DNA of 64,000 bases. It comes from Chrysomallon squamiferum. Taxonomy: Eukaryota; Animalia; Mollusca. The stretch is taken from NCBI GenBank assembly GCA_012295275.1, contig CM022672.1, forward strand, positions 7,502,001-7,566,000, written 5' to 3'. The notes under the pieces are model-generated. The model was not told the origin of the DNA and ran no database searches. It saw only the letters and a list, made by a program, of their open reading frames with translations. Every line of letters starts with the position of its first letter. Within the stretch, counting starts at the first letter, position 1. Positions 42,601 through 56,978 of this stretch are shown here, piece by piece. The position numbers and the translations under genes were made by a program.

Positions 42601-45600
42601 AAACACCTTCCAGATAGACACCAAGGTAAATAGTCTTAACCAGTATTCATTTCAAATATTTTCTTATGATATATAGTTTATATTTGTTGTTTTGGGAGGT
42701 TTCTTGTATTTTTTTTTATATATATATGTAGCATTTGTATTAAACATTTTTCTATTTCTTACACTTTAATCAGCATTAAAGTTAATTAATAATTTAAAAA
42801 TGAATAATTAACAATAAAATATCAAAAAATAATCTATGAAATAATAATAAAAATCAAAAAATTAAACAAAGAACAAAGAAATGTTGTTTTTACATGTTGG
42901 ACATTGTCTTTGTATTAAAAACATCTAAAAACAAAACCCCAGTAATCTCAACAAATATCAAAATATTATTAAATACATTTCCATTAACTAATTTTCTCTT
43001 TAAAAAAATAAAAAGAACAGGTTTCTTTTTATCTGTATTAATTTTTTTTTTTTTTTTTTTTTTTTAAAGTATTTTCAAGATGCAGTTTGGAGTTTTGAAG
43101 GTTTGAGTTTGGAACCTCCAAAGATTAATCTTGATGTGAACATCAACAGAAAAATTCAGTTTGCCTGTCTTGAAGCCTTGGTCCATCATTCCTTGGTAAT
43201 GAAATTTGTTTACTTTCTGACAATAAGTGTGTAAATATACAGAACATTTATATTGTGTGAGTTAAATATTTTCTGATAAGTAAAAAATCTGATGGATTAC
43301 ACTGCTATTTTGCGGAAGTAAGAAAAAGAGATCTAAAATAACATATTAATATACAGAGTCATTCATGGGTTTGAAATATACCTTTGTTACAGTAAAAAAA
43401 AGATCTGTATTTATTTACAGCAGTATAAACAAATAGCCTACACATACTTTATATACATCCAAATGTTTGAGACCAATCTTTAATAATGATAAAGTTAAGC
43501 AAGTAATGTAACGACGATAAATAGCAGTAAACATTTTCCATTGTTGTGTGACAGACACAGGATATCAGTAGCTACCTTGTAACATCATGAAAATAGAATA
43601 AGTGGCAGTCTTCATGTTTCATCATTGTTGTTACATTTTTGCCGTACTTTATTATTAACAAAAATAAAATAAAAATAATAATTTGAAAGATTTGATATGA
43701 AAATTAGCGTTTAGTTGAATCCAAATTGCATAATTTTATAAATTATTGGTCAATCTCATTATTAATTAAATGTAATTAATATAATAAGTAAAGTAGTTAT
43801 GATGTTAATTGAAGAGAAATCTATTACTGGTTAGGATTTCTTTCTTTTTAGATGATTAACCATGTGATGAAACAACAATAGCAGGGTAGGCAACATAACT
43901 GGACCAGCTAATTTTTTCTTTATAATCTTGTTGTTTTTGTGTTTTTTTTCAGATTTCTTTTTAATTAGGTTTCGCTCCTCTTTTGTGTGTGTGTTTGTTA
44001 TAATTATTTAAGTATGTTTAATATTTAAATAACATTGTTAATGTTCATTTTGTGTTATTAATTTGTTAATTTATTTACTCTTGTTTATTTTAATGTTTTC
44101 TTCTTTCATTCTCTAAATACTGATGAGAGATAAAATTAATTTTAATTTTAAGTTTATAATTTCTTAATTTTTTATGTAGATTTGATTTTTTAGTATTTGA
44201 AATTTGTTGAGAATAAAATTTTCAATGTTTTATTCCATTATTTAAATTTTATTGTTACTTTTTATTGTTTATAAAAAAAATTTAGCGGTATTTTTGTTGC
44301 TTTTATTGTTTTTCTTTGTTTGTTTTTTGGGGGTTATAATTTATTTATCTTTATTTTTTTTATTATTATTATTATTTTTTTTTTTAATTGAAAATTGTCT
44401 AGATACAAAATTATTCATTCATTATTAATTTGTATCAGTTAAATATATATATATTTATATGTATGTGTGTGTGTGTAGTATATCATTTTAGGCAATGAAA
44501 TAGAATTTGCTCTTTAAAAAATGTTTTATTAGCTTATTTATTTATTTATATATTATTTACTTACTTAGTCACTTACTTACATCTTATTTATTTATTTATT
44601 CTAGTATCTGAAACATTGTCAAGAGATAGTGAAAAACAAAGGACTGCAGATTTTACAGAGAGTAGTTGAGAATGGACCAAAGGATCTGGACATGAAAAAA
44701 CTGGTGGCAAGAATTGTTGGAAATTTAGCCCTGTGTACTGATCTTCACAAAGAAATTGTCAAAACAGGTAAACAACAGAAATACTTAATCATTACCTAAG
44801 TAATAGAGTAATCTAATTTAATAAATTTATGGTTTCTAATATTTCTGTATTTTTATCTTTGCTGTAGCACATTTTTTCAGTTCTTATAATAATAAGAGAG
44901 TGATTGACACATACAGATTTTCAGAAAATAAATGTTATTAATTGATATTAGTTAGATGAATTGCTAATAACCATTAGCTTCTTTCTGATATTAATCAGGA
45001 AATGATTAAACATTTTCATATACTATAATAATAAGAGAGAAAATTATCACCTTTTCAGAAAATAAATTATTTGCAGTGAAATGTTAATAAGAATTAGCTT
45101 CATTCAGGATCATATCTAAAATTAATTAGAAAATATAATAAATGTATATTTACATTTAATAATGTTAATGAAATAACAATGTGTAACTATATTTAATATG
45201 TTAAAAAACTGACGGTGTTTCTTACTGTTTCAGGGTGGGTGCAGAGACTGTGTGAGTGGATGAAAGGAGATGATCTTTCTCTGCTGATATTTGCTGCCAG
45301 AGCTTTGTCAAACTTGGACTCAGACTTCAGTGGATATCAACAAGAAGATGGGATATTTGTTATACACCCACTACTCAGAGACAGGTACAAAGTATATTTT
45401 TAATATTTACTAATGGAGATCCACTACTACTGCTGCTGCTGCTGCTACTGCTACTACTACTATTAAATTTATTATTATTATCATTATTATTATACCTTAT
45501 AATAAAATACTTTGTGAGTGGATAGTTTGTTTTAGATCTGCTTAATACAATTAGATGTGTTATTAAATGATACATTTTATAAAAGACAACTGAGAGATAG

Positions 45601-48600
45601 GTAAGTAGTATATATTCTAATATTAACTGATTTTGATACACATCCACTGTACAATGTAGCATTTAGATGTTTTTTCTGACGGAGATATGTGATTAATAGG
45701 ACATATTTTTCAATTTAATAAGTGTGTATATATGTGTGTGTGGATTATTTGTTACATAATAACATTATCTGGCAATGTTTTAGCATGCTCGAAAGAATAT
45801 TAATTGTCTTTGTAATTTACATTAGTAACAGATTAACAATAAACTGAAATTTTTGATTTCATATACAGCGGACCAGTCTATGCAGATATTGTGTTTATTC
45901 ATGGAATCATGGGAGGCCCATTCAAAACATGGAGACAGCGTGACAGAAAAAAAGGTGACAGTTACCAAGGAAACGACGAGACTTCGACAAAACAGTCACT
46001 TTGCTGGCCTAAGGTGACTTTAGGAACGGAATACCAATACAGCAGATTTTGAGATATAAATGCTTAAAAATACAGCATATATTCTTTATAATTTATATCT
46101 AAGTTTATTAATACTTACAATTTTCTTTCTTTTTTTAATATTGTTGTTATGACCATTCTCTTTATAGAAAAGAAATTACAACATTAACCTGATAATAAGG
46201 AGAAAAAAATATACATATATTTTTCCATCTCTCATAGTCAGCATGGTGTGAGCTGAGTTACTGAATCTGTACTAATCAAGATAGATGGTATACACAACCA
46301 TGTCAGTCAACAAACAGTTATTTAACTATTTTGACATAAAAACAAACAATGTAAATATAAATTTTTAGATATCTGATTATTAAAACAGCACTGATTGCCT
46401 AGAATAAGCCTTGGAAATCAATTCAAAATGATTATTTTGTGCTGTTTGTTTACAGGACTGGTTGGCTGAAGATTGTCCTCACTCTCGCATTCTTGCAGTT
46501 CAGTTTGATACTCATGTCAGTAGCTGGTATGTCCCCTGTCCTTATGATGATGAAAAGTAAGTCAACACTGTATTTTTAAAACCTTCCTAACTGTCTGTAT
46601 TCTCTACTTTTTAAACTTAGAACTTGTACAGATGTCACAGCTTCATGAATAATGTTACAAAACAGAAGATATACTCTTAATAACACATATTTGCTAAGTT
46701 TAATTATTTAAAACATTAATAAAGCAGAATCCAAAACAATGAACATAAATGAAATGTAATAGAATTAGAAAGCATACACATATATTAAGAGTGGATTACA
46801 TTTTATTTTAAATATAATCTAGGCCTGAATATTACCACTCTGAGACTAACATTAATACTTCAAAATGTTACAAGTGATACTGCAATGAAAATAGATGCAA
46901 AGTTTTTAATATTTTCATAACACTATTTTTTTACTTTTGCTTTAGTCTACATTTAACTACTTTTAAATATCTACTATTCAGAGTCCAAAACATACGTGTC
47001 ATAATATAAATGTAACAGGCACTGATTATTACACAGCATTTATTTGATTTTATTTTCCACCATTATTTGATTACATCCCAGAGGTGTTTACGTTTTAAAA
47101 TTACATTAAATAAACAGTTTGAACAGTTTTAAGTTAATTACTGTTACAGGCGAACTGTAGACCAACGTGCAAAGGTTTTACTAGACAAACTTTACAAAGC
47201 AGGAGTAGGGACACGTCCAGTGATCTGGGTGGCTCATTCCATGGGAGGTAACTCTGTTGCATCAGAATTTGTAAAAAAAATGTGTGTAAAGATAAATGAA
47301 ATATTACAATAAATTTGAAGTTTTTTAAACTTTGTAATAGATTAATTCTTATTGTGTTTTAATTCGATCTGTTATTATCTGTAGATCTTCAAGTTCAATT
47401 AAATGTTTCAGTTAAACCTTTTTGTGTAGTTTCATGTTACATAAAAAAAAAAATGATTAAAAAAATATATATATATATATATATAAATAAATTTTAAAAA
47501 TGTTTAAATTTTGACTATTTAATATATATCTGTTTTTATAGGTATATTAACAAAAATAATCATTTCTATCAAATTAATTTTTAATTATATTAGATAAATT
47601 TATAAATGTATTTTTATATTTTCTTTAGGTTTGCTGGTTAAGCAGATGTTAAAACTGTCGGAGAATTCTCCGATATTTTCCACTGTGGCAGAACAAACAA
47701 AAGGATTTGTTTTCTACAGCGTACCTCACTATGGGTCAGTTCTGGTCAACCGGACAAACAGTGCTAAATATATCCTACACCCCTCCGCAGAGGTCAAGGA
47801 ACTGGGCAAAAGTCAGTTGTCATAATTTTTAATAATAAAATAAAATTTATTTTATACTTAGTGTGTAATGAAAACTGATATATATATATATATATTATTT
47901 TTATCCTTTTTTCATGATAGTTATTAATCTCAAACATAAAAAAATCCATGATAGCCTGAGTAAAATATTACAGTCATGCAATTACCTTTTTAAAAATAAT
48001 TTAATGTAACACATTATCATTATGAAATGAGGAAAAGTATCAGAGCATCCAAGAATCTTCTGAACTTATTTTATTTATATCCTTTTTTATTAGTAAAGGT
48101 TGGTGTATAGTCACAAATCAATGTAAACATTTAGAAGATTGTTTGGACTATTTTTCTTAACCAGAATATAAGTACATTAATTATTTAAATTTTCTATTTC
48201 TAGATTCTCTGATGTTGAAGAGACTTCACAGGTATTTCAAAGATTTTGCAATGAAACGTGAAATTCCTTGTCTAAGTTTCGGAGAAATGGAAAAGATGGA
48301 TCTGGGGAAAAAACTGCCAAAGATACTGATAGTTCCACATGAAACAAGTGGTATGTAGTGACATGATGTTGTACTGTGACATCATTTCAGTACAGTTCAA
48401 ACAACATTCACTAAATTTCTTATTCATTTAGAATATTGTGAATTAAATTATTTATTTAGTTGGACTGTTATCAATTTATAAAACTGTTCTTTTTGTTTAG
48501 TTGCAACTCACATATACATACATTATGTACATTCAAACACACACACAAATACACCCTTGGATGAACACATGTATACATACATTCATTAATACAGACAACA

Positions 48601-48623
48601 CACACACAAATCAAAGACAAATT

Positions 48624-48654
<31 letters not shown>

Positions 48655-48984
48655 ATTTATCTATTTACTTATCTTCTTATTCCATTTTTCTTATATTTTT
48701 TCATTCAACCAATCTTATTTTTATATTTTTATAGTTAACAATAATTTATATTACTGAAACACTTTCCATTTCTTTTTTTTCTTTTTTTTTCATTGTTTTT
48801 TTTTTTTTCAGATCCAGGATTTGGAGAATTTTTCACATTTCCTGTTGATCACATCAACATTTGCAAGCCAGAAAACCGTGACTCTGACTTGTACAAAATA
48901 ACACTGAAGTTCATCAAGTCCTGCATCATCCACAGCAGAGTAGAAACCATCATTGAAGAAGGAATCAGTGTTCAGAATGTCTAA
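39383..48984 (+). CDS. SERAC1: Protein SERAC1 (serine active site-containing protein 1; phosphatidylglycerol remodelling), about 657 aa
   Basis: 15 exons in frame (1974 nt): 39383-39527, 40111-40141, 40590-40732, 41197-41325, 41883-42001, 42506-42625, 43070-43195, 44605-44767, 45234-45384, 45869-46013, 46456-46556, 47150-47247, 47629-47811, 48204-48350, 48812-48984. Arg-rich mitochondrial-type N-terminus and a TM segment. Motifs: [32 protein letters not shown]-like [39 protein letters not shown], lipase motif [26 protein letters not shown]. Confidence 0.95.
44885..45105. repeat. Imperfect tandem duplication (about 140-bp period) in SERAC1 intron 8
   Basis: TATAATAATAAGAGAG...TTTTCAGAAAATAAAT...TAATAA..ATTAGCTTC occurs at ~44885-44980 and ~45024-45100. 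Confidence 0.6.
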
Positions 48985-49592
48985 CTTTCATAAAATACTG
49001 ATAACATACACAACATGTCAGTGAAAGAAAATTCAACAGTTCATTATACAAAAGATGGATTTGATGACAGTCATGAAATCCACTGAAATTCAAATTTATT
49101 TTTTTATAATAAAATAAATCTGGGGAAATAACTCAAAATTAGAATTTTATGAAGTTCAAAAAATTTTGTGAGTCATAAATATGCAAGTGAATGTCATTTA
49201 TTTCATCTTTTTTTAATGTTTAAAAATCTCAAAAATTAAACATTTTTTTTTTTTTGATATTCATCAAACACTTATTTCTTTTGAATTTCATTGCTTCATT
49301 AATTTTTATAAAACTATTATCTGTATAGTCAATAACAATTAATATTATGCTAAGCAACATTTTTTTTTTAATTTAAAAAGGCAGATTTTTGCTGGGGATA
49401 TATTTATGAGTCCTGGAGCTTTATGTCTGTAACATCCTTTTTGTTTTCAGTCCTATTTCCAATTTTATTTTTTTTAAATTAATTAAATTATTTTTTTATT
49501 ATACTTTTTCTTCTTCTTCTTTTTATTATTATTACTGTTATTATTATCATTGTATTATTATTGCTTTTATTTTATTATTATTGCTATTACTA

Positions 49593-49638
<46 letters not shown>

Positions 49639-51224
49639 GTGAAAGTATAGACGTGATTTCCAAATTTTGTGACAGGTCTCTCATTACCCTTAAATAGCAC
49701 ATATCAAAATTATTCATTGTAAAAATGTTGTGTTGTTTAGTATTTTAGAATAACTTTTGTATGTTACTTAATTATAAAGACAGTCTTAGTTGTTTGTTTT
49801 ACAGAGATGAGTGTTGTAATGTCATTTTAAATGTTACAGTTAGACTAGCATATTTTATTTATTTATACAAAGTTCACCATGCCGATAACAAAACATTCTG
49901 TCAAACATTTGTAACAGATTTATTTTAACATGAGTAACCAGTCAGAGGTTCATAGATTTTACTTGACCATTATCTTGAAAGAATTAATTTTAATAAGATT
50001 AACAATGATACTGGACTTTATTCAGGTCTGAATCTGAAATTATTTTCTTTACTGTATATAAATATAGGCAAATTTCTAGCATTTGTTTATTTTCTATAAT
50101 TATGCTTGCATATTTTACTTGTAATCATGATTATATCAAGTTATCTTAATAAAAATAGCAACTACCCCTTTTCTTATGAATCTCAACCTGACAGATCTTA
50201 GTGTACCCTAGTTCCTAAAAGCCATTTCAATCACTGGAGCTTGTTTTAATTTTTATTATTATTTTTTATTTATTTTTATTATTATATTATTATTGTTTGT
50301 TATTGTTGTTTGGTTTTTGGGTTTGTTTTGTTTTGGGAGGGGATGGTTTGTTGTTATTGTTTTTTTCTTAATGACGGTCATTTTGACATTACAGTTAGTT
50401 ATTTCTTCCATTACCATTCAGGGGTAAATTACTCTTTCTTCCTTCTCTCCTGTTACGCAGGAACAGTTCACTCCCCATTATTTTATCCTTGTGTCGATTG
50501 TTTACTACTACTGTGGTGCACTGTTAGAAATGTTCTGATGGAACATAAAAAGTGCTCAGTTTCAGTAAAACCGATCTGTTTTTAGCTGGTCAACTTTGAA
50601 ACACGTTGTTGTACAATATACGCACTGTTACAGTGAGAGTTTTGTGGAGAAGCAGCTAAGTGTGTTACTTCGAATGACAAAGTGCAACTGTTTTTAACAT
50701 TTTATTTATAGTTGTTACTTCTGAGTGGACTTAAACAGCTGCAATTCAGTTATTTGAAGCAATATGATTTTCGTTTTTATTTGTTTTGTTTTGGGGTTTT
50801 CTTTTGTTATGTTTTAAAAGGTTGTTTTTTTCTGTTTTAGGAATGATTTTTTTCGAAGGTTATTATGTTACTTTTCTTTCTGTTTCATTCATTTTTTGGG
50901 GGGGGATTATTATTATTATTATTATTTTTTTTTTTTTTTAAATACTTTTCAGTTTTAATTGACGTATTTTTTTAAAGGTAAAGTCTTTTTATTTTTTATT
51001 TAATATTAATTTTGTTTTTATTTTTAGTGGGGAGGTTACAATATAAATATATATATATATATATAATGGTGATTACTATTTCTTGTTTATTTTCATTTTT
51101 CGTTTGCTTTTAAAAAGTTTCCTTTTATTTAGGCTATACTGTTAAAATGCATCCAGTATCTGTGGTATATTTTTAGTAACAGTAATGACTATTAGTAATA
51201 TATACACACCCTTAAATACTCATA

Positions 51225-51274
<50 letters not shown>

Positions 51275-51760
51275 ATATATATATATTTCCTCGATCCATG
51301 CACGCTATACCCTCTGTTAGACATTCTGGTTCTGATAGTGTTGTGTATGTCGTATATATTAAAAACTGAATCAATTTTGATATATTTTATTAGAATTTTA
51401 ATACTATTTTAGACAATTGAATCGTGTAATATTTTTCAGGTATAACTAGAACCTGTATATGTCATGACCTTTTCCAGACCATTTTTCTACACAATAAATT
51501 ATTTTGTTAAAATAATATATAATATTTGTTTATTTATTGTAGTAGTTTAGTTATGTATAGAAATATTTCAGAGAAATTTCAATATTTTTAATTTAATCAC
51601 TTCGTCACAAAACTAATCAAATTATTTAAATTTCGGATGCACGTACAGTGACGTCATAATGTATCCGTAGAAACGACTTAATCTACGTGTTGAAATGGAC
51701 AGCGATTGGGTATCTGCTTCGTAAATCTGTTGTTTGTTGTTTTTTCTTGGAGGGGGTGTT

Positions 51761-51791
<31 letters not shown>

Positions 51792-54700
51792 CAGTTAATT
51801 TTTATCATGTGAGAAGAAATATAATAATAAAATAATGACTGGTTTGTTTCTATTGTAAAATGACTTAGTATACAAAGATAAATTTAATTATATTTCGTCA
51901 GGGACAAAAAAAAAACAACAAAAAAACGACAGTACCAAACTGGGCGGTCCTAAATAATAAACAAAACTTAAATATTTAGAAAATAATTTTAATTCTGAAA
52001 GGAAAGAAACGTATTAATATGCTTTTGAAAATATAGACTAAACTGTGTTTTGTACGTACGCACCACAAGGGCATATATATAAATATGAATTTATTTGGAA
52101 AATTTATTTTCATTATCACGTTTTTTTTACTCTCTCTCTCAACAACAACAAAATAAGATAAAATAAAACAATTTTAAAACTTTTAAAATTAAAAACTGCA
52201 CAATATCTTGATTGCCCTTAACGATTTCACGATTAATTGTTTCAAACAAGCCGAGGTGCCCCGACTCGACACGAACTATCAGCCGATGAAAGACGATATC
52301 TGTTGGTGCACAAAACATCATACACAGACCGTTATCAGAATCCTTCAAGCACGCGGTGAAATGAGTCCGATCTGGCTTGTTGAGAATGGTTTAGCTACCG
52401 TTGCGGCTGAAGTTTCGCAAGCAACAGTCGTAAATATTCTACTGTCTCGGTCGGCTGATGTTGGGCAGGCAGCGCGCGCCAATATCGAGTTGCTCCGAAT
52501 ACGGAACAAGAAACAATTTCTGCGTAACCCGAAGAGCGCGGATTGTCAATAGCTATGTGATGTATGTGAACATTTTTCTGTCCGCCCTTTCTCAGTTCTG
52601 AGAGGTACGTGCTACTCAACGAGAAGTGAAGCAAAAAAACAAAAATAACCAGATTTGTTTATAGCGAGGTAAGTAATTTCGAATGGTTCACGTGCATGGA
52701 TTGATAGAGAATATTCAATATATTATTAACAGAATCAAACTAACAACTGATGTTACCTCTTTTCCCCATCTCATTTCTTTTAAATTTTCATTATCGTTTA
52801 TATCTTCTAGCTGAATTTAATCAAATACACGTGTTCTCTTACGAAAAAGTACTGAAATACGACCATACGTATGAAAAGAAAAAAATGAATTGTAATAATG
52901 AATACATATATTAACCTTCTCTTTCAAATATAATTATTATTAAATTTTGGTTCTGTTCATTAGAAATTAATATTTATTTGTAAAAAAAAAAAATAATAAT
53001 AAAAAAAAAAAAATAATAATAATAAACAAATTTTAAAAAAGTTTTAATATCTGCTGTTTAAAAAGATACCGAGAACAAGTATTTAATTATTAAAATGTAA
53101 ATAATTAAGTATAATAATAAATAGAGGATAATCTGAGAGTATTTTCTGATATGACAGTTAGAATGTTTGGCTCATTATTGAGTCGCCAGTTAAGTATATT
53201 TGAACTGTACACTGTCTCTCCGCCCTCCTGGTCGCAGCCTAATTAGTATCTGTGTATTTACAAGTGGCTGGCCGCTAGTGTTTGTTCAGATAACGAGCAA
53301 ATCAATAAGCAACAAATGTTCCCATGTTGTTTAGTCAAATCACCCTAACAGCTTAGTTCAATTTGCTGCAAACATATGCAGATTCATTAAAACTGTTTCA
53401 AGTTTCTTTTATGTCAAGTGTAAGTTTTGTTGTTGCGTTTTAAAAATCATTCAGTTGCGTTTATTGTTAGTGTTGTGCAGAAAACGTTTTTCGGCAGTAC
53501 CTTTTTTTTCTTCTTCTCTTCCATGATGTGTGTTTGGGAAATAGGGCAGTTGGGCTAATCGTTATATTCTGTTCAAAGCCGGGCATGTGCATAAAGACGA
53601 TCGATATAATAATAATACATGAAAACTGGTTTTCTCGTTTCTTTGACCTGTAGCTGACAGCGGCAAGAGGGAGTTTTTGTTGCGAAATAAACGGAACTCG
53701 CAATCTGCTGCAGTTTTCAAATGCATGCTGTGTATTTTCACTCTCGCAATAACAGCTGCCTTGGGCATCATTATCTCGTTACGAGTTAGGCTATCGTATT
53801 TCAGAGAATAACATAAATACTTGGAATAATATGTTTGGTGGATTGTAAATCTGTGTTAAACTGTATTCTGTTTAAAATACAAAAAAAACGCACACAGACA
53901 CTCACACATACACAAACACAGATCCATAACATAGCTATGTGTGTGTGTTGTTATTAATATTATTATTATGATTATTGTTAGTATTAGTTTGACATTCATC
54001 TCACAATATTGTATCTTCCATACAGTGTGTGTTAACAAGCAAACTGATCAAAGAGATGATAAAACAGAAAACTGAGACAAGTGAGAGATTTCTTTACTGA
54101 CACTGTAAACTTCCATCCTCGTCAGATTTACGTTATCGCAAACTGTTACATGTTACTAAATACACAACAGTTCTAAATTACATGTAGCTAAAACAGCTGT
54201 AAATTATCGTTTGTGTTAAAATCTGAAAATATAATTTTGTTGACGAGTCAGCGGATACTTTACGCAAGGCCTGAAAGCATTTTCAGTCGTTTCATTTGTT
54301 CCTTTTTCTTTTTATTAAATAATAGTTTGTTCGTCTGAATCTTTAGTCTTCTTTAAATTTTATTTCTACTTCTTCTTACTTTTTACTTATTATTTTTCAC
54401 TTTTATTTCCAGTATTAATTAGGAAAGTTTATAATAGATGTTTGTATAAGGTATAAGACGATTTTTTTTTCTCTCAATGTGGTAGTATAAACTGAATATA
54501 TAATATCATCTGCTATTAATTAAATATTTTTTTTTTTAATTTTATACATCCAGTCAGCTGTGTTTCGAATTACAACAAGAATGGTAATTACATAGCAGGT
54601 CCACTTTGTGAATGGCGTGACGCTAATTTTATTGTTAGACCACTTAAAGTTATTCTCGAAAGGGCAGCTCAGCTGAACTGCGATCTCGCGACATTACGCT

Positions 54701-56406
54701 CAATCTACATACCATTAATATTCTTAATGTACTGAATACCATTATATATTCGAAATGTCAATGCATTTTTTATACGAATTATTAGCCGCAAGAGTTAGGA
54801 GCGAATCGAAATGGTACGAAAATGTTTCAGGCTCATAATCTAAAGGGAAAGAAAATAATCTGTTTTTTGTCTGCCGATGTTAATTGAGCTGTATCTGGTA
54901 ACGTTAAAATAATAATAAGAATAAGAATAGAAATGTGTTACTGTCTTTGGTTTATTATAGTCTCTCTACACATTTGGTATTTGACAAATATTTTGTTATT
55001 TAAATTTATTAGTATTTAACAAAAATATTTTGTACATGTTTGTTCCAGTAATATTCCACTAAGGAACTGAAAGCAATTAGGAGAAAAAAAAACACCCCAA
55101 AAAAACAACTGAAAGTTGTGCATCATTATAAACTAGCTCATTCAGTGGATACAAGGTTCTTAAGTAAGACGTATTGTAGACAGAGAGGTTAGATTCAGAG
55201 AAATACAACGTTACACATTCTACAGGTATTTTGAGCAGTTTAACAGATCATTTTCCTTTCCTCTCAAGTCGATTGTTTCAAAACGCCCTCGTGACTCAGA
55301 ACGCATCTGAACCATCCTACATTAGTAACTTACACACACTCACGCCAAATCTGAGAACTGTACTGGAATGGCCGTTCCTACGTAGTATATTGTTAATTCG
55401 TGGCTAATATAGCCTGTTGTTCCTATTACTACTAAATACTTCAATAATTTCCGTTATAACTTCATTTTAATGATGATATTTTAATTATGGGTTAATAATT
55501 AATATTTACTACAAATCCGTTTTTATCATTAAATTTCACTTTCTCACTAAAACATTTAACAAAGCTAATAATTCCGCTTTATTAATTTTAATTTTGTAAA
55601 TACTGTATCTTACTTCAGTGTATTGTCCTATCACTCAGAGTAAGTTATTAGTTTAAAAAGACAGGAGAGTAATGTTTGAGAAGGTAAACATGAGACTTCT
55701 CGGATGTAGTATCTTCTCACGAAAACAACAAGAAGATAATTTATCGTAATTCATAAGGCAATGACTTCTCATGTGTTGAACGTAATTTTAGCAGCTGCGA
55801 ATATTCCAGGTTGGCATGTAAAAACATTTTTTTAAATGAAATGATAAGATAGAATATTGAAATCCTAATTTTTTTTTTATTGGTTTTCTTTTCTTCTTTA
55901 TTCTTTTTCAAATAAATATGAATACTAATGCAGTAATTCGTGATGTATTATCGATGAATTCAATTTTGTTTTCTTAACACACACAAACGCGCACACACAG
56001 ACGATATCCATTTTCAATTCTGTTACGATTATCACTGAGGTGAGATTTAAAATTACGAAAGACAGTTTTAAAACATATTTTTTTTTGTGTGAGCAACTTG
56101 AGTAAACATAGATCTGACTTAGCATAATACTCTTTCAGTGTGACTGTTTTAAAAGCTATCACAAGAAGAACGTGGTGTTAATTACAAGCGCTGATTTCGG
56201 TTCGCTGTATCAGTACAAGTCTAATCATTCGTACACACTGCTGATTATTAATAACGGCGCCGTGAGAAGCCAATTTGAGACTGCTAAGTAGAAAATAACT
56301 TGTAGGTTATCTGTGTGGCTATAAAATGCCAGTGGAAACACGTTTGGTGTAGAATTACATATCTACTGAGTTTTCATCATCAACAAATGTTTTAATACAA
56401 AACTTG

Positions 56407-56446
<40 letters not shown>

Positions 56447-56552
56447 CATGTAACTGTTTCATACAGAGCTCGATTATCTTTATAATTAAGATGGAAAATG
56501 TGGGGTTTTTTCTTCTAAATATCATAGAAACAAAATCCCCTTCATAGTTCAT

Positions 56553-56700
56553 TCCTTGACGTGGTGAGGGGGGCTTGTACATCTCAGTGACTAAAAGAGC
56601 TGTGCCAGCAGGAGATTTGGCTTCTGCTAGGGACACCCAGGCTGGACTGGTCAATGAGTAGACACTAGACATATATGGACTAAGGGTGAGGTAATCCTAA
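56553..56700 (+). mobile_element. Fragment resembling the 5' UTR of an RTE-clade (BovB/Expander-like) non-LTR retrotransposon
   Basis: CCTTGACGTGGTGAGGGGGCTTG..CTCAGTGA..GAGCTGTGCC..[hairpin]..TAGGGACACCCAGGCTGGACTGGTC..CTAGAC follows the motif order recalled for RTE 5' leaders. No RT ORF follows. Confidence 0.55.
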
Positions 56701-56924
56701 CAGAAGTTAGAAGTATCTGGCGGCACGGCGCACTCTCACAGACCACAGTACTATGCATCAACAGCCATTATGACTACATCTCCAGCGAACGAAAAGAAGT
56801 AGATTAGAAAAAGTGTTTAATAATAACTAAAAAAATATCAAGGCACAAAGGCTGCATTTTCTTCTTTTTTTTTCTTTTTTTTTTTTTTTTAAGTCTTATT
56901 TTAAAATAAGAAAATTTTAAGATG

Positions 56925-56978
<54 letters not shown>

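Noticed and set aside
52208-52552. 114-aa ORF in a GC-richer block
   Set aside because: Starts at TTG, has no recognisable motif or splice partner, and is better explained as 5' UTR or regulatory DNA.
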